Shown: one piece after another, positions 10,592-23,385 of the stretch | Position numbering within the stretch: position 1 is the first letter of the stretch | Layout of the letters: each line of letters begins with the position of its first letter | DNA from: Azolla caroliniana | Taxonomy: Eukaryota; Plantae; Polypodiophyta | NCBI GenBank assembly: GCA_043228905.1 | Contig: JBHGNT010000011.1 | Location: forward strand, 186,001-250,000 | Direction of reading: 5' to 3' | Length of the DNA stretch: 64,000 bases | Notes under the pieces: generated by a model | What the model was told of the DNA's origin: nothing | Seen by the model: only the letters and a program-made list of their open reading frames with translations | Databases searched by the model: none | Made by a program: the position numbers and the translations under genes

Positions 10592-13500
10592 GTTTGGTGT
10601 CATAGTTTAGATCCCTAGATAGAAGGGGTTCTATAGTTTGTTGTAAGTTAGTCATGGTGGTGTTTTTTCTTTCGTAATGAAAGCCATTATTTACGAAAAA
10701 AAAAAAGAGAGAGAGAGAGAGAGAAAGGGAAGAAGAAAACTTTATTGAATGATAGTTTCTGTCTCTCTCTACAACCAACCGACCACACACAGAGAGGAGA
10801 TGTGGTGGTTATAGGTGCACCCTATTTTTGGGGTGCACCTTTTCATTTCATATAGCTTTTCGTCTTATTATTTATTTTTCTATTTACTTATTCTAAACTA
10901 ATTAGTTTATTACAACAACCCCCCATAAACTGATTAGTTGTGAATCGTTGTAATCCTAAATTATCACAACAAGCTTCAAATCTGTCTGGAGGGAGAGCCT
11001 TTGTTAGAAAATCAGCCCACATATGATTTGTCGATGTAAACTCTAAGGTAAGCTTGTTTTCTTTGGCCAACTCTTGTATAAAGTGATATTTTAAATCCAC
11101 GTGCTTTGTTTTCTCTGAGTGCTTTGGATTCTTCGTTAAGTAGATACATTATATATTGTTGCAAAAGATTTTCAATTGAAGTGGTTCACATAGTTGGAGT
11201 TCTTTTAACACTGTTTGCAACCATAGTTCTTCTTTAGCAGCCAACGCCAACGCCACTGCTACGAATTCAGCTTCAGCAGATGAAAGTGTCACGGATTCTT
11301 GTTTTCTTGATTGCCACATCACTGCTGCTCCTGCCATTATAAAAGAAAAACTAGTAGTAGATCTTCGAGAATCAACATCCCCTCCCCCCCCCCCCCCCTC
11401 CCCCAATCCGAATCAGACCAACCAACAAGTGATTTGATTGGTCTTTCGGATTGGGATCGTTTATATGTTAATCCATAGTTAGATGTGTGTCTTAGATATC
11501 GCATAACTCGTTGAAGTGATTTCCAATGCATAAGGCCAAGGTTATGCATAAAGTGTGAAAGGTAATTAATTGCAAAACAAAGGTCAGGACGAGTTCCTGT
11601 GACTAAATATCGAAGTTTTCCTATTAATTGTTTATAAGGAAATTGTTGCATAAAATTAATATCTCTTTTTGTGGTTGGACCATCGAATATGCTTACGTTA
11701 CATCTTAGTGATAAGGGAGTAGTACAAGGTTTAATGTTTAACATTCCGAAGGATTTCAAAATTTCATTAATGAATTTATTTTGATGAATTATCAAAGTGC
11801 CCATACTACGATTACGCGTAACTTGCATGCCTAGGAAATAAGATAGGGGACCTAAATCTGTTATTGAAAATGCTTTGGAAAGTTCTAGCTTTGCTTGAGT
11901 AATTTCAGATGGTGTTCCAACTATAGGAATGTCATTCACATATAGTGCTACTACTAACAACCAATTAGATGTATGATTATGTCTAATGTATATATTTGGT
12001 TCTGATAACAATCTAGAATAGCCATGTGAGACATAAAATTGTTAAATTTTTGAAACCATAACCTAGGAGATTGTTTGAGTTCATAAAGTGATCGATGTAA
12101 CCGACACACATAGTTTGGTTGAGAGTGTGACTCAAACCCAGGAGGTTGTGACATGTAGATTTCTTCAGTTAAATCACCATGTAAAAATGTCGTTTGTACA
12201 TCCAAATGATGTACCTCGAGGTCAAGAATGGTGGCTAGAGCCATTAGGATCCGAAATGATGCCATGCAAAGAACGAGTGAGAATGTCTCAAAATAGTCAA
12301 GTCCTTCAACTTGAGAAAAACCACGAGCGACAAGTCGAGCTTTGTAACGTGCAACAGTACCATCAAGGTTTAGTTTTTTCTTCAACACCCATTTGCATGA
12401 AATAGGTGAGCGTCCCATTGGGAGTGGTACTAGAGTCCACGTTTTGTTGGCCTCAAGAGATTCAAGTTCTTTTGCCATGTTAGCTTGCCATTCACTACGA
12501 TTTGGACTTTGCAATGCCTCATTGATAGTTAAGGGATCATCAAAAATGTCTGATGTAGTTGAGGGGGAACCAAGAGCTGAAAATGCAAACTCAGGTTCAA
12601 ATTGATGGTCTGCAACAAGGGCGTCTATTTTTTTTGTGTGATCATAAAGATCTTGAATAGCACGAACTTTCTTTGGAGTGGATAAAGAGCTAAGTGAAGT
12701 AGGTGATTTCGCAATGTCAGAACTATTTGTATGTTCTATATGTTGATTATTAGTGGAATATGAAGTATTTCTACATCCTATTTTAATTACTTTTGCATCA
12801 TTGCGACCAATGGTTTTCAACTTGCCATTAAGGCGTGAGGATCGTCGTAGTGGGATAGGGAGATTTTTAATAGGATGGGAACATGAATAATCAATGTGAG
12901 TTAGTTGTGTTCCATCTAAAAGTTTTTCCTTATGTGTGCTATGGTGCTTATTAAGGCTCTTTTTAGTTTGGGTAGAGTTAGTGTTTAAAATTGGAGTATG
13001 TACATTAGTTTGTTGTGATTGTTTGGTTATTAGAGGCAATAAGCTGGAATCATTGGTTGAACTTGAGACTTGTGGGTGGACCTCTAGAGATGAGGGCATT
13101 AATGGAGGGTTAATTGTGACTTGTTGAATTTCCGAGGACATTTGTGGAGCCCGCCAAGAATTAGTTGGTGATGATATTACTTCTTTATTGGATTCAATGT
13201 TAGACATGGTAGTCGCATCTTGTATCTTTTCATAGCCATGATGTGAATGAGGATTAGATATCAGTTTGTCTTCATCAAATATCACTCGTCGGCTAAATAT
13301 AAATCTTTTGGATTTTGGATCATATAATCAATAACCCTTATAGCCATGAGGTTCACCATACCCAACAAATATTGTGTGAACTACGTGATTATCTAATTTT
13401 GATCGAGTTTCTAAGGGTACGAGTGCATATGATGGACATCCAAAGATTCTTAGATTTTTCATAATTAGGATTTTTTCCAAATCACAAGGAAAATGGAGTT

Positions 13501-15538
13501 GTCCTAATGGATCGACTATATGTTCTATTGAATATGTAACAAGCGTTTGAAACAACCTCTTCCCAATATGTTCGGGGAAGGTTTCCAACGACGAGCATGC
13601 AACGAGTGGCATCCATATAGAACCGGTTTCGTCGTTCATCCCTTGAATTGTGTTGGGGTGTATATGGGATGGTAAACCGTTGTTGAATCCCATGGTTTTG
13701 GCAATAAGTTTGGAAGTTTTGGGACTTGAATTCTTCACCATTATCTGATTGGAAGGGGTAAATCTTGTTGATTTGCTGCAAGTTTATGATAGGCTTTGAA
13801 TTTCTCAAGGACTTGATCACTACATTTTGTTTTGAGAAATGTGACCATCGTGAAACGAGTAAAGTCATCGACAAATGTTAGGAAATATGCATTTCCAGAT
13901 AGGGATGGGGTAGACAAAGGACCACATATATTTGTGTGCACCAGTTGGAGGGGTTTAATGGTCATTGTAGGATGGGATGGAAATGGTGAGTTAGAGAGTT
14001 TTCCAAATATACACCCTTTGCAAAGGGATAATTTCGATTTACTAGGAAGAGTAAAGCCAATTGCTATATGTTGTCGGGCCATGTGAACCATTGTTTGATG
14101 GTTTAAGTGACCTAATTGATAGTTTGATGTGTTAAAATCATCTATGTGGTGTGCTTCTTCAGCAGGTACCACAAAGCGGCCTAAAAGGTAAAGACATCCT
14201 TGTCTTGGACAATTAACGACATAGCCTTGTCCAGAGGGTGTCTTATGACGAATGATACAATATTTGTGATAAAACTCGACAGATGTATTATCATTTGTGA
14301 GTTTATTGACAGATATCAAGTTCCCATCAGAAAGTTCAAGATGGGCAATCCCATGTCCAAGGGCATATTCAACCCCATTGTTCCCAAATCTAACTGGGAA
14401 AGGATGCTCTAAGACTTATAGTCTTTGAGCCATTCAACTCTTGAGGTGAGGTGACATGTGGCACCTGTATCAAGAATCCACGTTGAAGCGGGAGAGTTGT
14501 TAAATGAAGTGAGGGCCATGAAGGCAATGAAATAATCTTCATTATCCTCATCGGAATTTTGGTCATTATGACATATGTCATTATTTTGATCGTATTCATC
14601 ATGTGATGCATTATAAGATTGGTCTTCTTTATATGTTCTTTTCCCGTTGTCAGAATTCCTATAAGAATCTTTCGTTTCATGTCCACTCCTTTGACAATTT
14701 TTGCAAAAGGATCTAAGGAACCTAGATTTGTTATGATTCCTTGAATCATTAAATTTAGAGGTCCGTGAATAAAATTTGGAGTTATTAGGTTGGTATGTTG
14801 ATCTAGGTTTATTGTAAGGTTTTTTATTGTAATTTGGATGTTTGATATAAAGTGCAGCGTGAGATGAGGAGGGTTGATTTATTGCCCTATGAAGTATGTT
14901 TTCTTGTGAGATTGATGCCACTAATGTTGGGACCCTAGTGTTGGTTGGATTGAATAGAACTTGGCAAGCTAAGTCCTGAAAGGATCACACATCAAGTCGA
15001 AGTCTCCAATTTTTAACAAATGTGTCAATATCATCATTTTCATTCATATTCATATTTATTAAAGTTTTTAAATTTGCAACTTGGGACGTAACGTCCGTAT
15101 GAAGGTTATCAACCTCTAATCTATCCCATATTTGTTTGGAGGTAGTCAAAGTTCTGACACTTTGCTTAAGTGTGGCCTCCATATGAAGGAGAAGTTCTAA
15201 GCGAGCATTTAAGTCACGCCGCTTCCATGATTGCACGTCAAGTGCATTTGTGGGGACATTAATGTCGGGGCACATGTCTGTTCCAACGATATTTAACAAG
15301 TCATGTTGATCTAATATAATTTCCATGGTAATACGCCATGGTTGATAATTTTTATCATTCAATTTTTCAATGTGATAAGTGCGAGATGATACTTGGGCCA
15401 CATTCACCACTGTTTGACATGGTCGAAAAATCGTTTCTTTAATTCACACATTCGTTATTAACACCGCGACACAATTCTTGGTGGGGTTGGAGTCCTTCAC
15501 CGCTCCGATACCATGTGGAAAATATGGAAATATGGAAT

Positions 15539-15575
<37 letters not shown>

Positions 15576-15964
15576 AGAAGAAAACTTAAGAAAACTTTAC
15601 TGAATGATAATTTCTGTCTCTATCTACAACCAACCGACCACACAGTGAAGAGAGGAGATGTGGCTTTTCGTCTTATTATTTATTTTTTCTATTTACTTAT
15701 TCTAAACTAATTAGTATATTACTAACACTTCCTCTCTGTTATTTTATCCCTCTGTTGCAGAGATTCACTGCCACCCTCCTCCTGTTGTTGTATAGAGCGC
15801 CGTCTATTGCCCCCTTCTTCGTCCTTGCTGTCCTTGCATTACGATTAAGAGCAGAACGAAGCAATTCTCCCTTGGTTCTCTGCTCTACCTACTCTCTCGT
15901 AACAAAGAGCTAAGCTATAATAGCTAGCTAGCCGTCACTTCAATCCAACAAAGTTCAATCCACT

Positions 15965-16001
15965 AAAGAAGAAGAAGAAGAAGAAGAAGAAGAAGAAGAA
16001 G
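15965..16001 (+). repeat. (GAA)n microsatellite just before the start codon
   Basis: About 11-12 AAG units. Confidence 0.9.
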
Positions 16002-16007
16002 GCAGGC

Positions 16008-16754
16008 ATGGATGCCAGAAACTCTGCATCATCATCATCATCACTAGCAGCAGCAGCATCGCCGTTGCCGTTGCCGTTGCCGTCATCGGAGATGAGGGAA
16101 TTCGACGCGGTGATATTGGGCGCCTCAGGTTTCACGGGGAAGTACGTGCTCCGGGAGTTCCTACAATGCATCATCATGCACCACAAGGACTTGAAGCTGG
16201 CGGTGGCTGGTCGCAACGTGGCGAAGCTGGAGGCTACCCTCCGCTGGGCCTCCTCCACCTCCGCTTCCGTAGTAGTGCAGCAGCACGTGAGCGTGGTGGA
16301 AGCGGACGCGACGGACGTGCCGTCGCTCCGCCGGCTCGGCCGCTCCACGCGGGTGCTGCTCAACTGCGTTGGGCCCTGCAACCAGTACGGCGAGGCCATC
16401 GTGGCAGCCTGCGTGGATACGGGCGCTCACTACGTGGACATATCGGGGGAGGCAGAGTTCATGGAGCGCATGGAGGCCAAGTACCACAATGCTGCCGTTG
16501 CCGCTCAGGTTCTAGTGGTGTCGGCCTGCGCCAGCGTCTCCATCGTCTCCGATATCGGCCTCTTGCACCACCTCCGCTGCTGGCCCCACCAGTCCACGGG
16601 CGCCGTGCCGCCTTCCTCCGTCTTCTCGTACGTCCGCATCCACTCATTCGCCTCCAATCACGTCGCCTCCGCTGAGACCGGATTCCTCGCCCTCGCCAAT
16701 GCCGGCGCCCTTGCACGATTCCGCCGCTCCCTACCTCGCCGCCCAACCCTCCAG
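16008..16754 (+). CDS. Saccharopine dehydrogenase-like oxidoreductase (SCCPDH family), exon 1
   Basis: Rossmann motif VILGASGFTG, AVAGRN, LLNCVGP, YVDISGE; donor CAG|GTGTGT at 16754/16755, phase 0. Confidence 0.88.
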
Positions 16755-17281
16755 GTGTGTTCATATATATATATATATACACCTCTCTCTGTCTCCCTCT
16801 CTCTCTCTCTCTCTCGTTTTGTTCTAAACCAATTGTGTCATCAGCCAATTTTGGCCTTAGAAGACGTTAATATATCTTTCTTTCTCTCTCTGCCCCCATT
16901 TTCTTCTTATAATGCAAACCTCTCATAAAGCTATGCAAGTCTTGCTCCCACCCAACTAATTCTATTTTTCTTATATGAAGTCTTGCCATCTGTTAGTAGC
17001 AATTCTCATTGACTTTAAGCTTGATCTAGATCATGAGGATTTGGATCATAAGGAGGATGGCCAGTTTGGCCCCCTTCAATATTATTAAAGGATTGATTAG
17101 CACCTATTGAGTCATAAAATCTCTTCTTAATAAGTTGAGGAATCTAATTGTGTGCAAATTGTTCTTGCGGAATAAGTGACGCTACTCTTCCAATTGTGTT
17201 TAAAATCTTAAATTTTGTAGGCTGTAGTAAAATGATCCTCCTTCATATAACTCCATTTGGATCTTAATTGTTTAATCCCCT

Positions 17282-17312
<31 letters not shown>

Positions 17313-17379
17313 TATGATCATTTCACTACCTCTAATGTTTTAATTCAAAAGTTTGTTGTGTACCGTATTCATTGTATAG

Positions 17380-18186
17380 ATTCCAGGGCCTCCACCCGCA
17401 ATGGAATTGGACACATGTATTCATTATGAGAGGAAGTTGGGCTATTGGGCAGGCGTTTTGCCCATTTGCGACCGATCCGTGGTACGACGAACGTTCTGGA
17501 CATTGCACGGCCATCCCCGTGGTCTACCCACCCTTAAACCTGAAACCCACCTAAATGAACACAATCCTTATACAAATATTCGACCTGTACATTTTCGACA
17601 GTTCTTGGCTATCCAAACTTTGCGTTGGGCCATCATCTTCTTTTGGGCAACCCAGATCTTGAAGACTTTTTCACGTTACACACTCGGATTAAATCTTCTT
17701 TTAAAGTATCCTCAAATATTCACGGTTGGGGCCTTTACACACCGAGGCCCGAGTGAAAAGCAAGTCGCAGAAGGGAGCTTCGAGATGTGGTTTGTGGGCA
17801 AAGGGTATCGAAAGGATGGAGAGACCGGTGATCTAAACGGAATTGAAGTAGTGACCAAAGTGAAAGGTCCAGAGTCTTGCTACATAACAAGTGCTATTGG
17901 TATTGTACAATGTGCAATGTTGTGCTTGCATTCTCGTGATGTCTTGCCGGTAGGCGGTGTCCTTACCACTGCGTCTGCTTTTGGGGGCGCAAATATTCAA
18001 GGTTTGCTTGAAGAGCGTGGTCTTTCCTTTGAACATATTAGTACTAGCATCAATGAGAAGAACGGACGGCAATATGAAAATTGTATCGTCACTTTGAAGC
18101 CATGGGTTGCATATTCGCTTCCCATTCTTTTTCTCATTATCATTCTCATTATATTTGTTTTTGTACTCTTTATCAGCTTTTTTTAA
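17380..18186 (+). CDS. SCCPDH-like oxidoreductase, exon 2 (spliced product about 517 aa)
   Basis: Acceptor TATAG|ATT gives in-frame RRPTLQ|IPGPPP; DRSVVRRT, GPSEKQV, GPESCYITSA, LPVGGVLT; hydrophobic C-terminal tail. Confidence 0.88.
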   Translation: MPGPPPAMELDTCIHYERKLGYWAGVLPICDRSVVRRTFWTLHGHPRGLPTLKPETHLNEHNPYTNIRPVHFRQFLAIQTLRWAIIFFWATQILKTFSRYTLGLNLLLKYPQIFTVGAFTHRGPSEKQVAEGSFEMWFVGKGYRKDGETGDLNGIEVVTKVKGPESCYITSAIGIVQCAMLCLHSRDVLPVGGVLTTASAFGGANIQGLLEERGLSFEHISTSINEKNGRQYENCIVTLKPWVAYSLPILFLIIILIIFVFVLFISFF

Positions 18187-18589
18187 AGGTGGCTGATCCA
18201 CATACCACTTAAGACATAATCTTGTTTTCCCATTCTAAAGTAGTAATTCTATGGATGGTTGAAATTAGAAACATCATCCTTATTATTATCATTATTATTT
18301 GTTTATAAAATATTTTCTTCAATAGTATTAAGAAAATAACGCCTGAAGACTACAAATTGAACCTAACTACCTAGAAGGTTACAACTTTTTATATAGAATG
18401 ATGTAAAACAACTTTTACATCATCTTTTATTATTATTATATGTTATTGGGGTGTTTTTACAACATGCATTTACAAGTTTTGTCGGTGGAAAGATTATATA
18501 ATTTATTAATCAAAAATTGATATCATTCATGAAACAAAGAAGCTAGTGCGAGAATTTGATTTATTTATGAATTTATATTATTTTCTAAA

Positions 18590-19630
18590 GAGAGAATGAA
18601 CAAGGCTAAGGGAAGTGTAACCTTCGTAGCTAGAGAGATTGATTGTAAAACAAACAAGTTTTCTTTACTAATTTATTAATTGTAAAAGATACAAGATTTA
18701 TTTACTAATTTATATTATTTTCCAAAGAGGGGATGAACAAGGCTAACGGTGGTGTAACCTTGGTAGCTAGAAAGATTGATTGTAAAATAAACTTGAGCGT
18801 GTAGCATGTAAAGGAAGGGTTTTGAACCTTCGTTGATTTACTCACCTACTTCATATGTGTGTTGGCTCATTCTTATTGGACCATGAGCTTCCTGCTTGAT
18901 GGATAAAGCACCATACTTGTTAAAAAACGCGTATTCTACGTTTATAGTACGTTTTAGAATACTTTGAAGTATTCTACATGTATTCTACGTTTTAGAACTG
19001 CTGTTTTTAAAAAATTGACGTATTCTAAAAAATTGACGTATTCTAAGTATTCTAGGTATTTAACAAGTATTTATCATTTCAAAAAATATTTTCATTTTTT
19101 TGAAAAAAAAAACTTTAAAATTTAAGAAGTATTTAACATATTTTACAAGTATTCTAAACGTATTCTACACATATTCTACGTATTCTAAGTATTTAACGTA
19201 TTTTATCTATAAAATACGTATTCTAAGTATTTAAAAAGAAGAAGTTAGAATACTTGTAGAATACTTAGAATACATATTGTACTCATATTTTATGCTAAGT
19301 ATTTTACAACAATGTAAAGTACTATGTATAAAGAATTCGTAGCTAGAAAGATTGATTGTAAAAGGAACTTGAGCGTGTAGCATGTAAAGGAAGGGACCAT
19401 GAGCTTCCCACTTGATGTATAAAGAACTATGTAAAGGAAGGGTTTTGAAACTTAGTTGATTTACTTGCCTATTTCATATGTGCACAAGCACATGTAGAGG
19501 AAGGGTTTTGAACTTTCGTTGATTTACTCACGTACTTCATATGTGTGTTGGTTCATTCTTATTGAACCATGAGCTTCAAGCTTGATGGAAGATAAATTTA
19601 GCTGTATCTGTATAAATAACTATGTAAATG
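18590..19630. repeat. Degenerate local tandem duplications (about 130-bp and shorter modules) downstream of the gene
   Basis: Recurring gtagctagaaagattgattgtaaaa, aaggaagggttttgaa and ccatgagcttc blocks. Confidence 0.7.
18912..19314. mobile_element. hAT-type MITE with 8-bp TSD TAAAGCAC/TAAAGTAC
   Basis: Imperfect TIRs CATACTTGT / ACAACAATG; many internal GTATTCTA/TAGAATAC motifs; paralogous empty site near 19410-19435. Confidence 0.7.
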
Positions 19631-20635
19631 AAGAAATACTTTTCAACATGGTATTCGGGCCATTACCATATGCTCTTGTTTCTCCACTTTATAAGTTAAA
19701 CATCCTTTCCCCTCAATGCTCATAGTCTAATTACTAGTCATTGAGTACCTATATTCTTTACATTTATTATCCAAGAAAGATTTTTGTTAGAAGTCATATT
19801 CAAGATTTGTAGACATGAAGGTTGTTGCGATCTTGTCATGATGTGGTGAGCTTGAAGGTTGGAAAGTGACTAAAAAAGCTGATAAAGAATGGAGTGGATG
19901 CGTGTATGAAACAGTAAGAGAGAGAATGTGTAGCTTGTGTGAAAAAGGGTCAACGAAAGGGGAGTCACAAACTTACAAAGTGTAAATATGTAAATATAGA
20001 ATTATTAAAAATTAATAAAAGTGAATGGCCTAGTGTAGGAGGTGTAGAATTTGATTCTCTGTTAGAGCGACTACATTAAAGTATATTAGGTGAAAGCATG
20101 TGAATGGAAACACTATTACAAGTTACAACTAAAATGACCATAGCTAATTAGCTATTGTTTTAGCTAATATTTAGTGGGCAAACCTTAAAGATACATATAA
20201 TTTATTTTGGTGGGAAAAAATATGGGAATACCCAAAATTTTGAATTTGGGCACACACATAGTGGAACATGGGGTTTGTGCAAGTCTCATGTTATTGCCTT
20301 TAATGTCATCATACTCCTCATTTTGAGTTTTGCACCAACATTCAAATAGATGGAGCATTGTGATAACGAATGCAGACGAAGCCCTCACAAGAACAAGAAA
20401 TCTTAGAAATTAACAGGCTGTCATACGAACACCAACACACAATCAGTTCCCTCTCCATCTCCGTATGTATGAACTAAAAAATATATACTTATATATATAC
20501 ACACTTATATGTCAATTTTTTTTCCTTTTAGGACTCTCTTATAACAATTTTTATATAGTTATGGTTTAGGGCAAAGTCGTTGCAGTCATATACAAGGATG
20601 TCGTGAAAATCTCAATCTAGCACATGAGTAAATGA

Positions 20636-23385
20636 TGTAAATAAGGTTTTGTAAAAGAATACGTGCAGAATCTTAACCCTAAACCGGGGTAACAACAGAC
20701 AAAAGACAAGAGAGGTTTAATGGAAACCTTAATCAACATAGCATACGTAGGAGAGATAGAGAGAACCGAACACAGAAAAACTCTATTCCAAAACAATACT
20801 CTAAAACTCTGTACATACATTGTGCTAAGAGAGTACTTTTATACAAGTCCATACGGATTGACAGATGTACTGACACATATTTCAATGCTCATCAATGAGC
20901 CCCTACACTAACTCCGAAAAATATATTCCTCCACACAATATCTATCCAATGGCCTCCATGTTTACGCACCACTACAACCTCTCGTTGCACACCCGGTATA
21001 CGCACCCAATGTTGAGCTTGTATGTCAACACTCCCCCTCAAGCTCAACTTGAGGTTTCGCATGCTCTTCCGGATCTTCGTTCCGGCTTCTCCTGGCTTCT
21101 CGCCTCGCTTGCGCTCCTCGACCAGTTTGATTCCACGCGCCTCGACCCTTTCGGTCGGCTTGTCTACACGTGCGACCTTTCTGAGCTCCCTTGCGGTCGC
21201 GGTGTTGGCGCCTCTTCCGTTGTCCTTTCCTCTGCTTGGCCTTCAGTTGATTCGGCGTCTCTGAATTGAACATTTGAACCGAATCGGCTGTCTCCGATTC
21301 ATTTCCGCTCTTGCTCGAATTGGTTGTCTCCAATTCGTCTTCTGTCTTCAGGCCCTTAACCACATCAGACCATCTCTTGGTTTTTGCCTTCTCTCCCTTC
21401 TTGGCTTCATCTCCCCCTTGTTCGGTTGACTCCGGCTCTTCCCTTCGATTGTGGCCCTTGTTTCCGCCTTTGGCTTCTTCAACCGTCCCAAAATCGAATT
21501 CTTCATCCGACTCGGCCTTACGAACACTACCGCTCCTTTCCTGGTCTTTTCTCTCCCTCAAGTTCGGCACATCGAGATGCCGCAAACCAAACACACCTGA
21601 GAATTGCTGCAACTTGTCGAGACCAAGGGGCTTGGTGAAGATGCCGGCAGTCTGCCAATTCGTCAGAACATGCGCTAGTTCGACTTCACCAGAGAGGACA
21701 CGGTCGCGGACAAAATGGTAGTGCACCTCAATGTGCTTGGTCCTGGTGTGCAAAACGGGGTTTTTCACAAGTTGGATGTTGCTGAAGTTGTGGCAGTACA
21801 TTGTCGTCGGGGCAGACACCTCCACCTATAGATCCTTGAGTAGCCTCTTGAGCCAAATGGTTTCGCATGTCGTGACAACCGTTCCTTGATACTCGGCCTT
21901 TGTGCTCGACAGTGCAACTGTCGACTGCTTCTTACTGCTCTAGGCGATCGCAACGCTCCCAAGTGAGAAAGCGAACCCAGATGTGGACCTACGATCGCTG
22001 GCGTTTCTGGCTCAATCAGGATTTGAGTAGTCGACGAGTTGTGCGACAATACTGGTCTGATATAGCAGTGCCCTATCCTTAGTGTTGTGGACATAGCGCA
22101 ATATCCTTTGCGCGCAATGAAGGTGTTCAGCCGTGGGCTGCGACATAAATTGACTAATCAGGCCGGCCGGGTAACTAAGATCCGGCCAAGTGATCGTCAA
22201 ATAAATTAGGTTTTCGAAAATCTGTTGGAACCGTGTCGGGTCACACGCCTTCCCCGAATTTGGGCGAAGGTTGACATTCCTATCTAGAGGAGTTGAGATG
22301 GACTTACAGTCTACCATCCTGAATTTGAAGAGCATACTCAACTTGTAATGTCGTTGGCTGATCAATATGCCTTCAAGGGTGCGGATTACTTCGATGCCTA
22401 GGAAGTAATGAAGGTCCCCTAGGTCCCTCATGTCAAATGATGCCGCGAGTTAGGACTCTATGCAGCCAATTTCATCTAGGTCGGCGCCAACGATGACTAA
22501 ATCATCAACATAAAGTAAAATAGTAACCGGTTCATGTCGACCTTGCCAGACGAACACTAAAGAGTCCAATTTGGATATTGCAAACCCCAGACGACGCAAC
22601 CATTGCGTGATCTTCGTGTTCCACTTGCACGAGGCTTATTTTAGTCTATAGAGGGACTTCTTCAGTCGGCATACCACCGAGGTGTTCTTTCCGAACTGAA
22701 ATCTGGGGGGTTGAACCATGTACACCCGTTCCTCAAGTTCTCCTTGCAAGAACACATTCTTTATATTCATCTGATGTAAATGCCCCCCCTATACCTCGGC
22801 TACCACAAGCAAAACACGGACGTTGTCATCTTCACGACAGGCGCAAAGGTCTCATCGTAGTCGATGCCGTGTTGCTGTGTGTATCCCTTCGCCACTAAGT
22901 AGGCCTTGTAGCAGTTGACATAACCGTCGGTGTTGTACACCCACTTGCATCCAATTAGCTTTACACCCTTCGGAGCATCAACCAGGTCCCAAGTTTCATT
23001 TTCCACTAATGCGTGCATCTCTTCCTCCATTGAGGTATATGCCAATGTGCATCATTCGCCGTTTCTGCGTAGATCTCCGGCTCACGCACTTCCGCCACTT
23101 GCATCATGTACGCATAATGATGCGCCATGTACTCATTATATCCGAACCGCACCACAGGGTTCTTCTCGCGGGTAGATCGAAGTAATTGCTCATTAGCCAA
23201 TTTTGAGGCCGTCTTGGCCGACACGGACTTCATTTCCGAAGGTCCGTCTTCGTTATTCTCGGAGTCGGATTCGCTTCAATCCGACTCGTGTTTATCATTG
23301 TTGTACTCCGGCATCTTCTTCTTTCCCTTCTCTTTGCACGTAAACCGCCTCCTCGACTTCTTGCGTAGGGAATGCACGACCGAGT
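20636..23385 (-). mobile_element. Decayed Copia 3' half (RT, RNase H, charged tail, PPT, 3' LTR about 20636-21030); related to family B
   Basis: HTRTKHIEVHYHF and ENETWDLV; PPT GAGGGGGAG next to TGTTGAC; distal LTR end uncertain. Confidence 0.85.

Larger units (their letters stand above)
5446..10706 (+). mobile_element. LINE (L1/Tx1-like), near full length, decayed, inserted in a (GA)n tract
   Basis: ORF1 with CCHC; ORF2 with APE, RT and zf-RVT; poly(A) at 10696-10706; flanked on both sides by (GA)n of the host LTR. Confidence 0.92.
5371..15727 (-). mobile_element. Full-length decayed Ty1/Copia; 5' LTR 15514-15727, 3' LTR 5371-10917 interrupted by a LINE; TSD CTTCC
   Basis: CTTCC at 5366-5370 and 15728-15732; PBS 15502-15513; PPT next to 10917; gag, PR (WILDTGATCH), INT, RT and RH fragments at 10918-15410 with stops and frameshifts. 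Confidence 0.92.
4233..15910 (+). mobile_element. Internally deleted, non-autonomous Copia (TRIM-like): LTR 4233-about 4700, RNase H remnant 4700-5093, second LTR from 5224 split by a nested Copia and resuming at 15728-about 15910
   Basis: Direct repeats 4233-4355 vs 5224-5370 and 4383-4552 vs 15755-15912; GGAIAWRSHLQDCVALSTTEA and FCDSQSAIVLAKN; right boundary uncertain. Confidence 0.75.

Noticed and set aside
16161-16848. Overlapping and antisense ORFs over exon 1 of the oxidoreductase
   Set aside because: Expected shadow ORFs in GC-rich coding DNA
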